Notes: generated by a model not told the origin, from the letters alone. A stretch of 64,000 nt of DNA from Abditibacteriaceae bacterium (GCA_965277285.1 OZ255721.1:2272001-2336000), one strand, 5' to 3'. Counted from the stretch's first letter, positions 29,612 to 40,967 are shown. Numbers and translations are program-made.

Positions 29612-31174
29612 TCACTCTTTCATGGCGATTGCAACGCTGTGTCGTCCTGTCCATGTCGCCGGAATAAACGCCTTTTCGCTGGCTTGGCCATCAACGATGA
29701 CGCGAGTGATGCGCGTGCCTTGGCCTTGCAGGCTCACATCGAGAATTATGCCGCGATAATGTATGCCCTGAAGTTTGACCGCGCCCCATTCCGCAGGCAG
29801 GTTGGGCGTAAACCTCAAGCCGTTCGACTGGAAGTCCATCCCAAAGAGTCCTTGATAGATCATGCGCAGGTAAGCGGTGGCCGACCAGGTTTGATCGGGC
29901 TGCGAAGGCCAATGCCAACCCGACTGCCATCCGCCATCGGGTTTTCCGCTCAGGGGATTGTAGATTTCATAAAAGCTGTTCCCGTTATCGCGCGCTAAGA
30001 GTGCCAGGTTCTCGGTTTCATCACGGAATGTGGCCAGATCGCCCGACTTCGCTGCGGCGCAAGCCCACATACCATTCACGACCGGCCAGATGATAACGTT
30101 GTGACGACCTGGTTTGGCATCTGAATAACGCGGAAAATGAGGCCACTGTGCAGGGACGCCGTAATCAGTACGATGCGCGGTTTCGAGAATACTTTGTGCT
30201 TGTTTGTGGTCGGCCACTCCAAACAAAATCGCGTACGCCAGACCGATGCTTTCCTGTGTGTCGTCGCGCTTGCCCGTCAGCGGCCCTGCGCCATGAATGA
30301 AGTAGCCATAAGTCGATTTTTGAGAAATCCACAAGTGGCGGTTAATGGCAGTCTGCAAGGCGCCGGCTGCCTGGTTCCATCCCTGGATTTCGCGCATCGG
30401 GCGTTCCAACTGTTGTGCCATTTGCGCTGCGCTGCGATAAGCGCCGTAATAAACGCAATTGGTGCTGAGCGTCATCATGTCTTTGGTGTAATGATGGTCT
30501 AAAACGAAGCTGCTGTTGTTTTTGGGATCGTATTCCGGTTCGGGATAAGCGGCGATGCCGTCGGCAAAAAAAGCTGGTCCCCGGAACAATCCGTAAGCAT
30601 CGTTGAAGTGCTCGGCGCGCGTCAATTTCAGTTCGTCCTGCGCGACTCCGTAAGCGGTTTTGAGAAAATCTTCATCGCCCGTCACTTTGAAGTGGTTCCA
30701 CGCTGCGGGAATCCAGATAACTTTGTCCCACCATTGGTTATCGCGCTGCAGCACGATGCTGCCGTCCGCCTGCTTCTGGCAAACCGCCCACAAAGTATTG
30801 CGAGCCACGACAGGTTCGAGAAGCGAAGCGGCGTTCCAACTGTTGAGCGAGGCGTCGCGCGTCCATGGTTCGTCGTAACCGCCTCCGGCTTTGATAAAGA
30901 CAGCAGGCGCAGTCATCATTCCGGCCTTATTGTGGTTGTCCTTGGTGTCGGGAACGGTGTTGACACGCAGCAAGTTATCGAGAGCGCCCGCATAAGCTTT
31001 GCCGAGAGTGCCTTGAGCTAACCGATTTTGAAATTGCAACTCAGGTGCGTTCGCACTTCGAGCCATGGTTTGAGATACAACTGGACGCGTCATGCCCGCA
31101 AAAAGAATGGTTGTCAGCACAGCCACAAAAAGTGTCACTGATGATGAGCTGCAGGTTAGTTTTACGGTTTGCAC
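29612..31174 (-). CDS. Secreted (alpha/alpha)6-barrel glycoside hydrolase (MGH1/amylo-1,6-glucosidase-like)
   Basis: Signal-like N-terminus, WTRDAS, FYEIYNP, QTWSATAYL and a C-terminal beta domain (GLRFTPNLP..W). Confidence 0.7.
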   Translation of the reverse strand: MQTVKLTCSSSSVTLFVAVLTTILFAGMTRPVVSQTMARSANAPELQFQNRLAQGTLGKAYAGALDNLLRVNTVPDTKDNHNKAGMMTAPAVFIKAGGGYDEPWTRDASLNSWNAASLLEPVVARNTLWAVCQKQADGSIVLQRDNQWWDKVIWIPAAWNHFKVTGDEDFLKTAYGVAQDELKLTRAEHFNDAYGLFRGPAFFADGIAAYPEPEYDPKNNSSFVLDHHYTKDMMTLSTNCVYYGAYRSAAQMAQQLERPMREIQGWNQAAGALQTAINRHLWISQKSTYGYFIHGAGPLTGKRDDTQESIGLAYAILFGVADHKQAQSILETAHRTDYGVPAQWPHFPRYSDAKPGRHNVIIWPVVNGMWACAAAKSGDLATFRDETENLALLARDNGNSFYEIYNPLSGKPDGGWQSGWHWPSQPDQTWSATAYLRMIYQGLFGMDFQSNGLRFTPNLPAEWGAVKLQGIHYRGIILDVSLQGQGTRITRVIVDGQASEKAFIPATWTGRHSVAIAMKE

Positions 31175-31460
31175 TTTGATCCTGATTTATAAGAATTGCT
31201 TGGAAAACAATAGGTGGACTTGACACTCGAGTTCATAGAAAAGTAATACGCCCATTTTGCATTCTCGCTTGAGGGAAAGGAAATCAGATGTATTATTCTG
31301 CATTAAAATTCTTGCAAAAGTTAAAATTCGCCAGAACCAGAGACTGGAAGCCCATTATTCTGACGAGTGCCTTTTGGCAGATGCAGAATCTAAACTTGAA
31401 GTCAGGTTCTACGCACGACTTACGCGCTTTATGAAACAAAAAGACGTAACTGAAATACAA

Positions 31461-31498
31461 AAAAGCAGGGAGCGCAAATAAGTCGCGCTCCCTGCTTT
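31461..31498 (-). terminator. Terminator paralogous to those after DUF1559 copies 1 and 2
   Basis: AAAAGCAGGGAGCGC...GCGCTCCCTGCTTT. Confidence 0.8.
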
Positions 31499-31525
31499 CA
31501 TACCGCGAATGGCATGGCTGTGGCT

Positions 31526-32356
31526 TTATTGATACTTCTGCTGCAACGTGTTCAAGTTGGTTACAGAATCCGTATCAACATGCTCGCAGTTGATCCAGTT
31601 CGCTGAGTCGCCAGTGCTGCAGCCGTTTTCGTTGGTAAAGTTCATGCCATCGAGATAGCCCCACTGGTTGACAGGCGTCATGGTAGCGGTGGGTCGCATC
31701 GACTTGACATGACCGTCCGCATACAAGCAGTTAATCGTGCCCAAGTGTCCGGCGAAGAGTTCTTTATACCAAGCATCAACGCTGCCGCCAATTGTACTCC
31801 AGTTTAAGTTAGGAGCTTGTACGCGGCCAGCATTAGCACCGTAAGGATAGTTGCCCTCGGTGATCATAATTCGGGTGGTCGGCGCATTAACAGCCGCCAT
31901 GGAAATGGCTGGAATCGTCGTGTTATGATCATCTCCTTGAGTGACGTCCGCAATGATACGGGGGTTGGCCACGTAGGATGCCGGTATCGCGGGCAAGTTC
32001 AATGTGGGTTGTGCTGGAGCGGAGGTGAGTGAACCCATCGGGTTGGAAGGACACCGGAACAGATCGGCGCTCTTGATGTAAGGCTGGATGGTTTGATCCC
32101 AAACCGTATATACACCTCCACCGTAGTCGATGAACTTCAGGGGGTACTTTTCATCGTATTCCTGTGTGTATTGCATGATGCCAATGCCGATCTGCTTCAG
32201 GTTGCTGGAGCAGCTCGAACGACGAGCACTTTCGCGCGCTTTGGCGAACGCCGGAAACAAAATAGCCGCCAAAATCGCAATGATAGCGATGACAACTAAC
32301 AGTTCAATCAGCGTGAAACCACGCTTGCGTGGTGCGGTCCGTAGTATGTCTTTCAT
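31526..32356 (-). CDS. Prepilin-type DUF1559/H-X9-DG protein (copy 3)
   Basis: [17 protein letters not shown]... and [24 protein letters not shown] before ATG at 32356. Confidence 0.93.
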   Translation of the reverse strand: MKDILRTAPRKRGFTLIELLVVIAIIAILAAILFPAFAKARESARRSSCSSNLKQIGIGIMQYTQEYDEKYPLKFIDYGGGVYTVWDQTIQPYIKSADLFRCPSNPMGSLTSAPAQPTLNLPAIPASYVANPRIIADVTQGDDHNTTIPAISMAAVNAPTTRIMITEGNYPYGANAGRVQAPNLNWSTIGGSVDAWYKELFAGHLGTINCLYADGHVKSMRPTATMTPVNQWGYLDGMNFTNENGCSTGDSANWINCEHVDTDSVTNLNTLQQKYQ

Positions 32357-32701
32357 CTCATTTCTCCTTGAATTCTTGCAGAATAAAGCCTGCGGAATAC
32401 CGGTATTCCAATTCATTATACCCATCTGCGGAAGTTTTCAAACATTATTTGTAACTTTTTTGAAAAAGCGAGGCCGATTCTTTAACATGTCTGGGCAAAG
32501 GGCTTTTTGCGAAGAGGTTTTTGCCCTGAATGTACCAAGATGTGCGCTATTCACGGCATAAGAATGACGTCGAGCGAACCGCGATGTGGTGGGCGCGGCA
32601 TTTTTGTTCATTGTCTGAGGCGAGCAAAAACTGGTCAAGCGGCCTGGGCGCTATCGTTCAAGGCGCACTTGAAAATTTGAAGCGGCGCAACAAATTGAGG
32701 T

Positions 32702-33739
32702 CTAAATTTTGGGGGCGAGTCGCGGGACCAAAGACTCGGTGACCACTAATGTTCCTGGAAAAGTCGCCGCCTGATGTGGGAGTTCGGGTTCTGCCATTCG
32801 CTGTTGTAAAAACTTCCAGGCTGTCGCGCACATTTCTTCCATGGGCTGCACGATAGTGCTCAAAGGTGGATCGAAATACCTCATGTGGCGTTGCCCATCG
32901 CATCCCACCAAAAGGACGTCCGTCGGCACGTTGAAACCCAGGTCTTTGAGTACTCGAAATGCGCAGAGCGCCGTGTCGTCATTCTGGCATTGCAGAGCGT
33001 CTGGACATCCGTGTTCTATGATATGGACTTTGAGTTTTCTTTCAACAGTATTGGCGTCGTCTGTTGCGACGTCGATGATTTCAGGAACCTGGTTCGCCCT
33101 TCGCATGGCCTTACGATAAGTTCTTGCCCGAACTTCGGTATCCATCGCCATATACGGCGCGGTTACCAGGTAGGCGATGCGTCGTCGTCCACCAGCTACC
33201 ATGAGGCGCAGGGCCTCATCAAAGCCTTCACTTAGGTCGATGATCACGTTGTCGACGAAGGAGCGTTCCTCTGTTCCGATTGAAACGCATGGAACACGCG
33301 ATTTGGAATTAAATTCGTTGACCAATCCCCATGCGTCGACCGAAATAGCACCATCTACAGCAATGTTACTCGTGGCATTGACTATTTCTTTGACTTCACG
33401 CGGCGTCCGCATCAACATCACGTGATAACCATCGGCGTGGATATTCCTTTCCAATAAATCGACCATACTGGCGTAATACGGCTCATTCAAGCGGCCAGAA
33501 AGGATTGCGATGAGGTCCGTGCGCCCCGTCGCGAGCGCCCGCGCCGCAAAGTTGGGAATGTAATTCATTTCCCGCGCAATTTGCTCTATTTTCAATCGCG
33601 TTGCAGGTGCGACGCTGCGAGTGCCGTTTAGCGCATTAGAGACCACCATTTTTTTGACGCCCGCCACATCCGCTATATGTTGCAGAGTCACTCGCTTGGG
33701 ACCTTGTTCATCCGAAAACTCATTTTTGTTGGAAGACAT
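32702..33739 (-). CDS. LacI-family transcriptional regulator
   Basis: VTLQHIADVAGV..VSNALNG, YIPNFAARAL and PPLSTIVQP. Confidence 0.93.
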   Translation of the reverse strand: MSSNKNEFSDEQGPKRVTLQHIADVAGVKKMVVSNALNGTRSVAPATRLKIEQIAREMNYIPNFAARALATGRTDLIAILSGRLNEPYYASMVDLLERNIHADGYHVMLMRTPREVKEIVNATSNIAVDGAISVDAWGLVNEFNSKSRVPCVSIGTEERSFVDNVIIDLSEGFDEALRLMVAGGRRRIAYLVTAPYMAMDTEVRARTYRKAMRRANQVPEIIDVATDDANTVERKLKVHIIEHGCPDALQCQNDDTALCAFRVLKDLGFNVPTDVLLVGCDGQRHMRYFDPPLSTIVQPMEEMCATAWKFLQQRMAEPELPHQAATFPGTLVVTESLVPRLAPKI

Positions 33740-33961
33740 AGCAATTAGTCGGCAAGGTGTTGTCACTGAAACTGGTTTTCAATTTATCTGAAGAATCAGC
33801 GTAATAATGTCGAATGTTTTTTGCAAGTGGCACATCTTCCCGGCAACCAGCACGAGACACTTCGTAAGGGACGAAACGCGAAACTGTTTTGCCGGGCTTC
33901 TTCCGACATAACCAGGGGTGCGGGTCACATAGACGTTTTCTTGAGGTGTGAGTAGTAAGAA

Positions 33962-34065
33962 GAGGAAAACGGCGGAGGAAAACGGCGGAGGAAAACGGCG
34001 GAGGAAAACGGCGGAGGAAAACGGCGGAGGAAAACGGCGGAGGAAAACGGCGGAGGAAAACGGCG
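33962..34065. repeat. Tandem repeat, 8 x 13 bp (GAGGAAAACGGCG)
   Basis: Eight exact units, no spacers, abutting the hairpin at 34066-34105. Confidence 0.96.
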
Positions 34066-34184
34066 GAAGAAATCGAACATCGAGTACTCGATGTTTGGTT
34101 TCTTCGAGATGCTTCTGGCCTCTTCAAGGTCGAACGCGAGGGCCTGCGATATGGCGCTCAACTCCTTGATCTTTTTCATCGCGC

Positions 34185-34664
34185 TCACCCTGACGAGTCT
34201 GCGGCGTCTACTATCGGCGCGGCACGGACTGTGAGAACCGGGCAATGCGACTGACGAACGATGGCTTCGGCCACCGAGCCAAACACGAGGTGCCGCCAAC
34301 CGCCTAATCCGTGCGTGGCGATCACTACCAAATCGAAGTTCTCCTCTTGAGCGGCGCAGGTGATTTCTTTGTCAGCGTTGCCTATTTTGACTTCGCAGCT
34401 CGTTTTGAGGTCGGACGGCACGCGCTCAATGATGACTTTGTGCAATTGTCGCATCGCGTCGTCTTTTCGCTCGTCATCCGGCGCACCAGTCACAGTGACC
34501 AACCCGAACGCCGAATCGGGCAGCGTAGGCGGCACGAACGGCACGATATGCAGCAAACACAATTCGGCGTCGAAATGCGCTGCCAGTTCGATGGCATGAT
34601 CCAGCGCTGCATAGGACGGTGCGCTGAAATCGGTCGGACAGAGGATTTTCTTCAATGGCAACAT
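34185..34664 (-). CDS. Universal stress protein
   Basis: KILCPTDFS and DLVVIATHG...FGSVAEAIVRQSHCPVLTV. Confidence 0.94.
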   Translation of the reverse strand: MLPLKKILCPTDFSAPSYAALDHAIELAAHFDAELCLLHIVPFVPPTLPDSAFGLVTVTGAPDDERKDDAMRQLHKVIIERVPSDLKTSCEVKIGNADKEITCAAQEENFDLVVIATHGLGGWRHLVFGSVAEAIVRQSHCPVLTVRAAPIVDAADSSG

Positions 34665-34692
34665 GATGGTTCACCGGTTAAGCGACGCGCTT

Positions 34693-35115
34693 TTAAGCGA
34701 CGCGCTTTCTATCGCGTTCGTCTCCCGCTTCCATGTTCTGATTTTCCATGTTCTGATTTTCCAGGTTTGCAGCCTGTTCTTGCTGTTCTTGTTCTGCTTG
34801 TTCATGCTCGGCCTGCTGAACGTTTGTCTCGGCTTGCGCATGGGTGCGTTTGAGCAGACCTTTCACCTGAAAGCGAATGAACGACTTAATTTGGTTTGAA
34901 GCCTCATTCTTGGATGGCCTCGGCTCCTGATCTTGACGCAGTTCAGGGAAAACCGCAGGCAGGACAATATCTTGCGTGCGGTTTGCGGCTTCCACCTCGG
35001 TTCGCACCTCGGTTCGCACCTCGGCTTCCATCTCGGTTCGCGCGGCCTGCTTCTGCGTTTCGCGTTGCAGACGCTCAGCCTCAATCTTCTCGATCTCAAG
35101 GGTGATTTGGGGCAT
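34693..35115 (-). CDS. Hypothetical low-complexity Glu/Gln-rich protein
   Basis: ORF with a GGAGG-like RBS and internal repeats (EVRT, ENQNM). No recognisable domain. Confidence 0.4.
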   Translation of the reverse strand: MPQITLEIEKIEAERLQRETQKQAARTEMEAEVRTEVRTEVEAANRTQDIVLPAVFPELRQDQEPRPSKNEASNQIKSFIRFQVKGLLKRTHAQAETNVQQAEHEQAEQEQQEQAANLENQNMENQNMEAGDERDRKRVA

Positions 35116-35182
35116 TGTGGAGTTTCCCTCCCACTTTTATATGCTGTATGTTTACGCTTATACGCTGTATGTTTATGCTGTG

Positions 35183-35422
35183 TTACTGCTCAGAGGAGTT
35201 TGGCGGGAAGTTCGGTCGCACAGACATAGCGATATTTTCCCGTGCCGCCTTTTCACGAACGAGCAACTCAATGACAGCCGTTTCGCTGATGCCCATGCTC
35301 AAAGAAAGCGTGGTCAAGAGTTGTCGCGCCTGCGCACTGAGATACAAGTTCTTTTGCTTTTTCTCCAATTTCGACTGGCGTTGCGGCTTTTGCAGCGGCT
35401 CGGCAGTTTCTGGTTCTATCAT
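35183..35422 (-). CDS. Small ribbon-helix-helix-like DNA-binding protein
   Basis: KQKNLYLS (beta ribbon), ARQLLTTLS (helix), GISETAVIELLVRE (helix). Confidence 0.5.
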   Translation of the reverse strand: MIEPETAEPLQKPQRQSKLEKKQKNLYLSAQARQLLTTLSLSMGISETAVIELLVREKAARENIAMSVRPNFPPNSSEQ

Positions 35423-36020
35423 AGTGCCATTATAACCATAATATATAGCAATTGTAGAAAGTCATTTAGTTTCTATATTTATGCAGCGCAGAAAAGGAAT
35501 AAGCTGTATGATACGAAATGGAACCGTTTAAGCGTGCGGCGGCAATTCAACTGAGAGGGCGACGTGATAGGACGTGATAGATAGAAGGTGTAAAATGCCC
35601 GAATGGAAAGCGCTGTTTTACGATTTGATAGCGCGCCACTCAATATCGAGTACTCGATACGCGTGGTTCAAATCATTTGCCTTCAAATACCGCGAAACCT
35701 ACAAATCGAAACAGAATTGGTGCGCAGCGTTCATGCAGCGTTCATAACGCGCTTGGAAGACGCATGGTGCGCCGGATAACAGCGACCGGATTACAGTTAA
35801 GCAAGGCAACAAGGACAATCAGGAGTATGAGGCTGCTTGACGCGTTCGGGAATATTTTCCCGTCAGAATTGCTGTTTCGCCTGAACAGAACAATACAAGT
35901 GTTGACGCAGGCGGAGGCACAGAGTTGTCTTGCCAGTAGCGCTGGGACGGGAAAGTCGTATCCACATCCGAAGAAGTTTTTTCCTTTTATCACAGTTCAT
36001 AAAACTTCGTGGAGATTATT

Positions 36021-38414
36021 ATGGTTGAGGCTTTGAACCGAGAAACCTTGAGTACCGATGAATTGCAGAAGATAAATGCATACTGGCGGGCGGCCAACTA
36101 CTTGTCCGTTGGGCAGATTTATCTTTGCGACAATCCTCTTCTGCGCGAGCCGCTGACGCTGGCTCATGTCAAGCGGATGCTGCTTGGACATTGGGGCACA
36201 ACGCCGGGACAAAATTTCATTTACACGCATTTGAACCGCGTGATCAAGAAATACGATCTGGACATGATTTACGTTTCCGGCCCCGGACATGGCGGTCCTG
36301 CCGTAGTGAGTGGCACTTATCTGGAAGGGACGTATAGCGAGGTTTATCCCAACATCAGCCAGGATGAGGCTGGGTTGCAGAAACTCTTCCTTCAATTTTC
36401 GTTTCCTGGAGGCATTCCCAGCCATGCTTCTCCTGAAACGCCTGGCTCGATCCACGAGGGCGGCGAACTGGGTTATTCGCTCAGCCATTCGTTTGGCGCG
36501 GTCTTCGATAATCCCGATTTAGTCGTGGCTTGCGTGGTTGGCGATGGCGAGGCGGAAACGGGGCCGCTGGCCACGGCGTGGCATTCCAATAAATTTCTCA
36601 ACGCGGCCACGGACGGCGCCGTATTGCCGATCTTGCATCTCAACGGCTACAAGATTTCCAACCCGACATTGCTCGCTCGCATCACGCGCGAAGAATTGGA
36701 ACAATTGCTGCGCGGTTATGGATGGACGCCCTACTTCGTCGAGGGTCACGAACCCGAGTTGATGCACGCGGCGATGGCTGAGACGCTTGATAAAGCCATA
36801 GAGAACATCAAGGAAATTCAGCAGGCCGCCCGCGTTGACGGAAACTCTACGCGTCCGCGCTGGCCGATGATCGTTCTCAACTCGCCCAAGGGTTGGACAG
36901 GGCCAAAGGTAGTCGATGGTTTGCAAATCGAAGGCACTTTTCGTTCGCACCAGGTGCCGCTTTCCGATCCGGCCACGCATCCCGAACACCTCAAGCTGTT
37001 GGAAGACTGGCTGCGCAGCTACCGTCCTGAAGAACTCTTTGATGAGCAGGGTCGCCTGAAAGCGGAACTGGCGGAACTGGCGCCTACGGGCCAGCATCGC
37101 ATGGGCGCCAATCCCCACGCCAACGGCGGCCTGCTCCTGCGCGACTTGCAAATGCCGGACTTTCGTGCCTATGCCGTCGAAGTTCCCACGCCAGGAATAC
37201 GCGGCATCGGCGACACGCACATCCTTGGCCCTTTTCTGCGCGATGTGGCAAAGCGAAACGATGAGCAACGGAACTTTCGTGTGTTCGGCCCGGACGAGAC
37301 ACTTTCTAACGGCCTGGAAGCCCTTTTTGAAGTGACGAATCGTCAATGGGACGCCGCGACCGTACCGAACGACGAATTTCTGGCGAACACAGGGCGCGTG
37401 ATGGAAATGCTCAGCGAGCATCAATGCGAAGGCTGGCTCGAGGGCTATTTGCTGACCGGTCGGCACGGAGTATTCAACTGCTACGAAGCGTTTATCCACA
37501 TTGTCGATTCGATGTTCAACCAGCACGCCAAGTGGCTAAAAGTCACGTCGCGTTTGCCGTGGCGACGCAAGATCGCTTCGTTAAACTATCTGTTGGCTTC
37601 CCATGTCTGGCGCCAGGATCATAACGGTTTTACGCATCAAGACCCTGGTTTCCTCGACCACGTTGTGAACAAAAAGGCGGAAGTCGTGCGTGTTTACCTG
37701 CCGCCGGACGCCAACTGTTTGTTGTCGGTGATGGATCACTGTTTGCGCAGCCGCCATTACGTCAATGTCGTGATCGCGGGCAAGCATCCGGCGCCGCAGT
37801 GGTTGACAATGGACGCTGCCGTCAAGCACTGCACCGAAGGTATCGGCATCTGGCAGTGGGCCAGCAACGACCAAAACGTTGCGCCTGATGTGGTTATGGC
37901 CTGCTGCGGCGATGTGCCCACACTGGAAACGCTCGCCGCTGTCTCCATCCTGCGCGAGCACTTGCCGGATCTGAAAATCCGTGTCGTCAACGTCGTTGAC
38001 CTGATGAAGCTGCAGCCGCAAAGCGAGCATCCGCACGGACTGAGCGACATGGATTTCGACGAGCTTTTTACCGCAGAAAAGCCAGTCATCTTCGCTTTTC
38101 ATGCTTATCCCTGGCTGATTCATCGCTTGACTTATCGGCGCACCAATCACAAGAATCTGCACGTTCGCGGCTATAAGGAAGAAGGCACCATTACGACGCC
38201 TTTCGACATGACGGTGTTGAACGATCTGGATCGCTTTCACCTCGTGATGGATGTCATCGACCGCGTGCCGCAGGCTGGCGACAAGGGCATTTACTTGAAG
38301 CAGCAACTCGAGGACAAACTGATCGAGCACAAGCAATACATCGACAAATACGGCGAAGATATGCCGGAAATTCGGAACTGGAAGTGGAACGCTCTGGAGA
38401 ATAAACCCCAATGA
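36021..38414 (+). CDS. xfp: Xylulose-5-phosphate/fructose-6-phosphate phosphoketolase
   Basis: [33 protein letters not shown] and [14 protein letters not shown]. Confidence 0.97.
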   Translation: MVEALNRETLSTDELQKINAYWRAANYLSVGQIYLCDNPLLREPLTLAHVKRMLLGHWGTTPGQNFIYTHLNRVIKKYDLDMIYVSGPGHGGPAVVSGTYLEGTYSEVYPNISQDEAGLQKLFLQFSFPGGIPSHASPETPGSIHEGGELGYSLSHSFGAVFDNPDLVVACVVGDGEAETGPLATAWHSNKFLNAATDGAVLPILHLNGYKISNPTLLARITREELEQLLRGYGWTPYFVEGHEPELMHAAMAETLDKAIENIKEIQQAARVDGNSTRPRWPMIVLNSPKGWTGPKVVDGLQIEGTFRSHQVPLSDPATHPEHLKLLEDWLRSYRPEELFDEQGRLKAELAELAPTGQHRMGANPHANGGLLLRDLQMPDFRAYAVEVPTPGIRGIGDTHILGPFLRDVAKRNDEQRNFRVFGPDETLSNGLEALFEVTNRQWDAATVPNDEFLANTGRVMEMLSEHQCEGWLEGYLLTGRHGVFNCYEAFIHIVDSMFNQHAKWLKVTSRLPWRRKIASLNYLLASHVWRQDHNGFTHQDPGFLDHVVNKKAEVVRVYLPPDANCLLSVMDHCLRSRHYVNVVIAGKHPAPQWLTMDAAVKHCTEGIGIWQWASNDQNVAPDVVMACCGDVPTLETLAAVSILREHLPDLKIRVVNVVDLMKLQPQSEHPHGLSDMDFDELFTAEKPVIFAFHAYPWLIHRLTYRRTNHKNLHVRGYKEEGTITTPFDMTVLNDLDRFHLVMDVIDRVPQAGDKGIYLKQQLEDKLIEHKQYIDKYGEDMPEIRNWKWNALENKPQ

Positions 38415-39433
38415 ACACGCAAAAATTGATGGAGACCGCACAAGCGCTGGTCGCCAACGACAAGGGATTGCTGGCGATGGATGAGAGTACTCCGACCTGC
38501 GACAAAAGGTTTGCGGCTTTGGGCATCCCGCAGACTGAAGAAGCGCGCCGTGCTTATCGAGAAATGATCGTGACCACGCCTGGCCTGGGCGAGTGCATCA
38601 GTGGCGCGATCCTTTTCGATGAGACGATACGACAGCAAAGAAAAGACGGCACGCCCTTTGTCAAAGTCCTCGCTGATGCGGGAATTATTCCGGGCATCAA
38701 GGTGGACGCCGGTGCCAAAGACATGGCCGCTCATCCCGGCGAGAAAATAACCGAAGGCCTGGACGGATTGCGCGACCGCCTGGCCGAATATTCTGCAATG
38801 GGCGCCCGTTTCGCCAAATGGCGCGCGGTCATTACCATTGGCGACGGCATTCCCAGCCGAGGTTGCATCGAAGCCAATGCGCAGGCTTTGGCGCGCTATG
38901 CCGCGTTGTGCCAGGAAGCCGGTTTGGTTCCCATCGTCGAGCCGGAAGTGCTGATGGACGGCGATCACACTTTGGAGCGGTGCCGCGAAGTCACCGAAGC
39001 AGTACTGGAAACGGTTTTCGATCAGCTTTATACGCAACGCGTGATGCTGGAAGGTATGCTGCTCAAGCCCAACATGGTGCTTGCGGGATTGGCTTGTCCA
39101 CAGCAAGAAACGGTGAACGCAGTAGCCGACGCCACAGTGAATTGCTTCCTGCGCACCGTTCCCGCTGCTGTTGCGGGGATCGCTTTTTTGTCGGGCGGCC
39201 AATCCGGTGAACTGGCCTCAGCGCGTTTGAACGCCATGAACCTTCGATTCAAGTCGCGCTTGCCGTGGGCTTTAGCGTTCTCGTTCGCTCGCGCCATCCA
39301 GCAGCCAGCTTTGGACATTTGGCGCGGCGCGGAAGCTCATGTGCCCGCGGCGCAGAAAGCTTTGTATCATCGCGCCAATTGCAACAAGGCGGCACGTCGT
39401 GGCGAATACAACGCCGCGATGGAAAACATCTGA
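38411..39433 (+). CDS. Class I fructose-bisphosphate aldolase (eukaryote-like type)
   Basis: [32 protein letters not shown] and FLSGGQS. ATGA overlap with xfp. Confidence 0.95.
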   Translation: MNTQKLMETAQALVANDKGLLAMDESTPTCDKRFAALGIPQTEEARRAYREMIVTTPGLGECISGAILFDETIRQQRKDGTPFVKVLADAGIIPGIKVDAGAKDMAAHPGEKITEGLDGLRDRLAEYSAMGARFAKWRAVITIGDGIPSRGCIEANAQALARYAALCQEAGLVPIVEPEVLMDGDHTLERCREVTEAVLETVFDQLYTQRVMLEGMLLKPNMVLAGLACPQQETVNAVADATVNCFLRTVPAAVAGIAFLSGGQSGELASARLNAMNLRFKSRLPWALAFSFARAIQQPALDIWRGAEAHVPAAQKALYHRANCNKAARRGEYNAAMENI

Positions 39434-39540
39434 CATTTGCACAGGCTTTGAGCAATCCTTGTGGTTGCCCTGTTCGGATAAGTTCCAAGTCTCAGCGTTG
39501 TTTTTTATTTTGCAAACTAATCCATAGAACCTAACCTGAA

Positions 39541-39612
39541 CAGAACCCCAAGCGTGAGCGCGGGACTGAAGTAACAGTTAACTTAGCCTCTCACTTACGT
39601 TCGGGGTTCTGG
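39541..39612. repeat. REP-like inverted repeat, better-conserved copy at 47893-47964
   Basis: CAGAACCCCGAACGTAAGTGAGGGGCT...AGCCCCTCACTTACGTTCGGGGTTCTG at 47893. Degenerate left arm and near-intact right arm here. Confidence 0.8.
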
Positions 39613-39764
39613 AAAGTAGCCTTTCAGTCGTTACGCGCTGTATCGAGTACTCGATTACTGTCTGGGCGCCGCAAATTTATGCAGGCGCAAATTCATGCAG
39701 CCGTGCCTTTCAACTCAAACCCTTGAGATAAGCTCTTAACGCGCTCTAAAATAAAAGTTGCACT

Positions 39765-40967
39765 ATGTGTATATTGGTTCTGAATGCGGGAAGTTCATCA
39801 CTCAAGTTTGGCTGCTTTCAAAGTTCAAGCGCTAAGGGCGAAGTCAAATGCCTGCTGCGAGGCGGGATCGAACCGATTGGCAGCGGCCATGCGACTTTCA
39901 GCATCGAAGGGCAAGAATCGGAATCGTTGCCAGACGGCGATATAACGATTCATGGCGCGGTGGAGCAAGTCATCCAACGCGTCAAATCGCGCTTCGACGT
40001 GGAAGCTGTGGGCTGCCGCGTGGTGCATGGCGGCGCCCAATTTCTTCAGCCGACGCGCGTTACGGCAGACGTGCTAAACGAGATCCGCGCCCTGGCACCT
40101 TTGGCGCCGCTGCACAACCCGCTGGCCGCCGACGTTATCGAAACGGCAACGCGGCTTCTGCCACAGGTGCCTGTCGTGGCCGTCTTTGATACCGCGTTCC
40201 ACAGCACTTTGCCGCCTGTGGCCGCCACTTACGCCTTGCCCTTTGCATTGTGCGAGCAGCACGGATTGCGCCGCTATGGTTTTCATGGCATTTCGCATCG
40301 CTACGCGTCGCAGCGGCTGCTGGAGTGCCTGAAACGCGAGGCGCCAGGAACTCGCCTTATCACTTGTCATCTGGGCAACGGCGCCAGCGTTTGCGCGGTG
40401 CGCGATGGAGAAAGCATTGATACCAGCATGGGTTTGACGCCAATGGAAGGTTTGGTGATGGGGACGCGTTCGGGCGATGTGGATCCTGGCCTCATCGTGT
40501 ACCTGATGCAATCCTTGAAGATGGCGCCGGACGAGATCGATCACTTGCTCAATCATCAAAGCGGACTGCAGGGCTTATCGGGACAAAGCGGGGATATACG
40601 CGAATTGGAGCAGTTCACGGAACAAGGCGACGAACGGGCAAAACTGGCGCTGGAAATTTTCGCGTATCGCGTCAGCAAATACATCGGCGCTTATGGCGTC
40701 GCGCTGGAAGGGCTGGATGCTGTGGCCTTCACAGGCGGCATCGGTCAATACGCGACGTTGACCAGAAAACGTATCTGTGACCGCCTGGCCTTTGTCGGGC
40801 TGCATCTGGATACCCGAGCGAACGCGTCGGCGAAAGGCCACGAAATCGCGTGTATCACGACGCCGCAATCGCCGGTGCAAGCGTGGATCATTCCAGCCGA
40901 CGAAGAAATTCAGATGGCGCGCGAAGTCGTCGCTCACCTGAAGGACGAAAAGGATGAAAACGGATAA
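39765..40967 (+). CDS. ackA: Acetate kinase
   Basis: LVLNAGSSSLK, RVVHGG, APLHNP, RRYGFHGISH, HLGNGAS and GTRSGD. Confidence 0.96.
   Translation: MCILVLNAGSSSLKFGCFQSSSAKGEVKCLLRGGIEPIGSGHATFSIEGQESESLPDGDITIHGAVEQVIQRVKSRFDVEAVGCRVVHGGAQFLQPTRVTADVLNEIRALAPLAPLHNPLAADVIETATRLLPQVPVVAVFDTAFHSTLPPVAATYALPFALCEQHGLRRYGFHGISHRYASQRLLECLKREAPGTRLITCHLGNGASVCAVRDGESIDTSMGLTPMEGLVMGTRSGDVDPGLIVYLMQSLKMAPDEIDHLLNHQSGLQGLSGQSGDIRELEQFTEQGDERAKLALEIFAYRVSKYIGAYGVALEGLDAVAFTGGIGQYATLTRKRICDRLAFVGLHLDTRANASAKGHEIACITTPQSPVQAWIIPADEEIQMAREVVAHLKDEKDENG

Noticed and set aside
29088..29667. Two ORFs on opposite strands sharing the peptide EAQTTKANIEYSMFAFVVCAS
   Set aside because: This is a consequence of the perfect 62-bp palindrome, not a duplicated gene.
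33962..34065. CRISPR array
   Set aside because: Contiguous 13-bp units without spacers.
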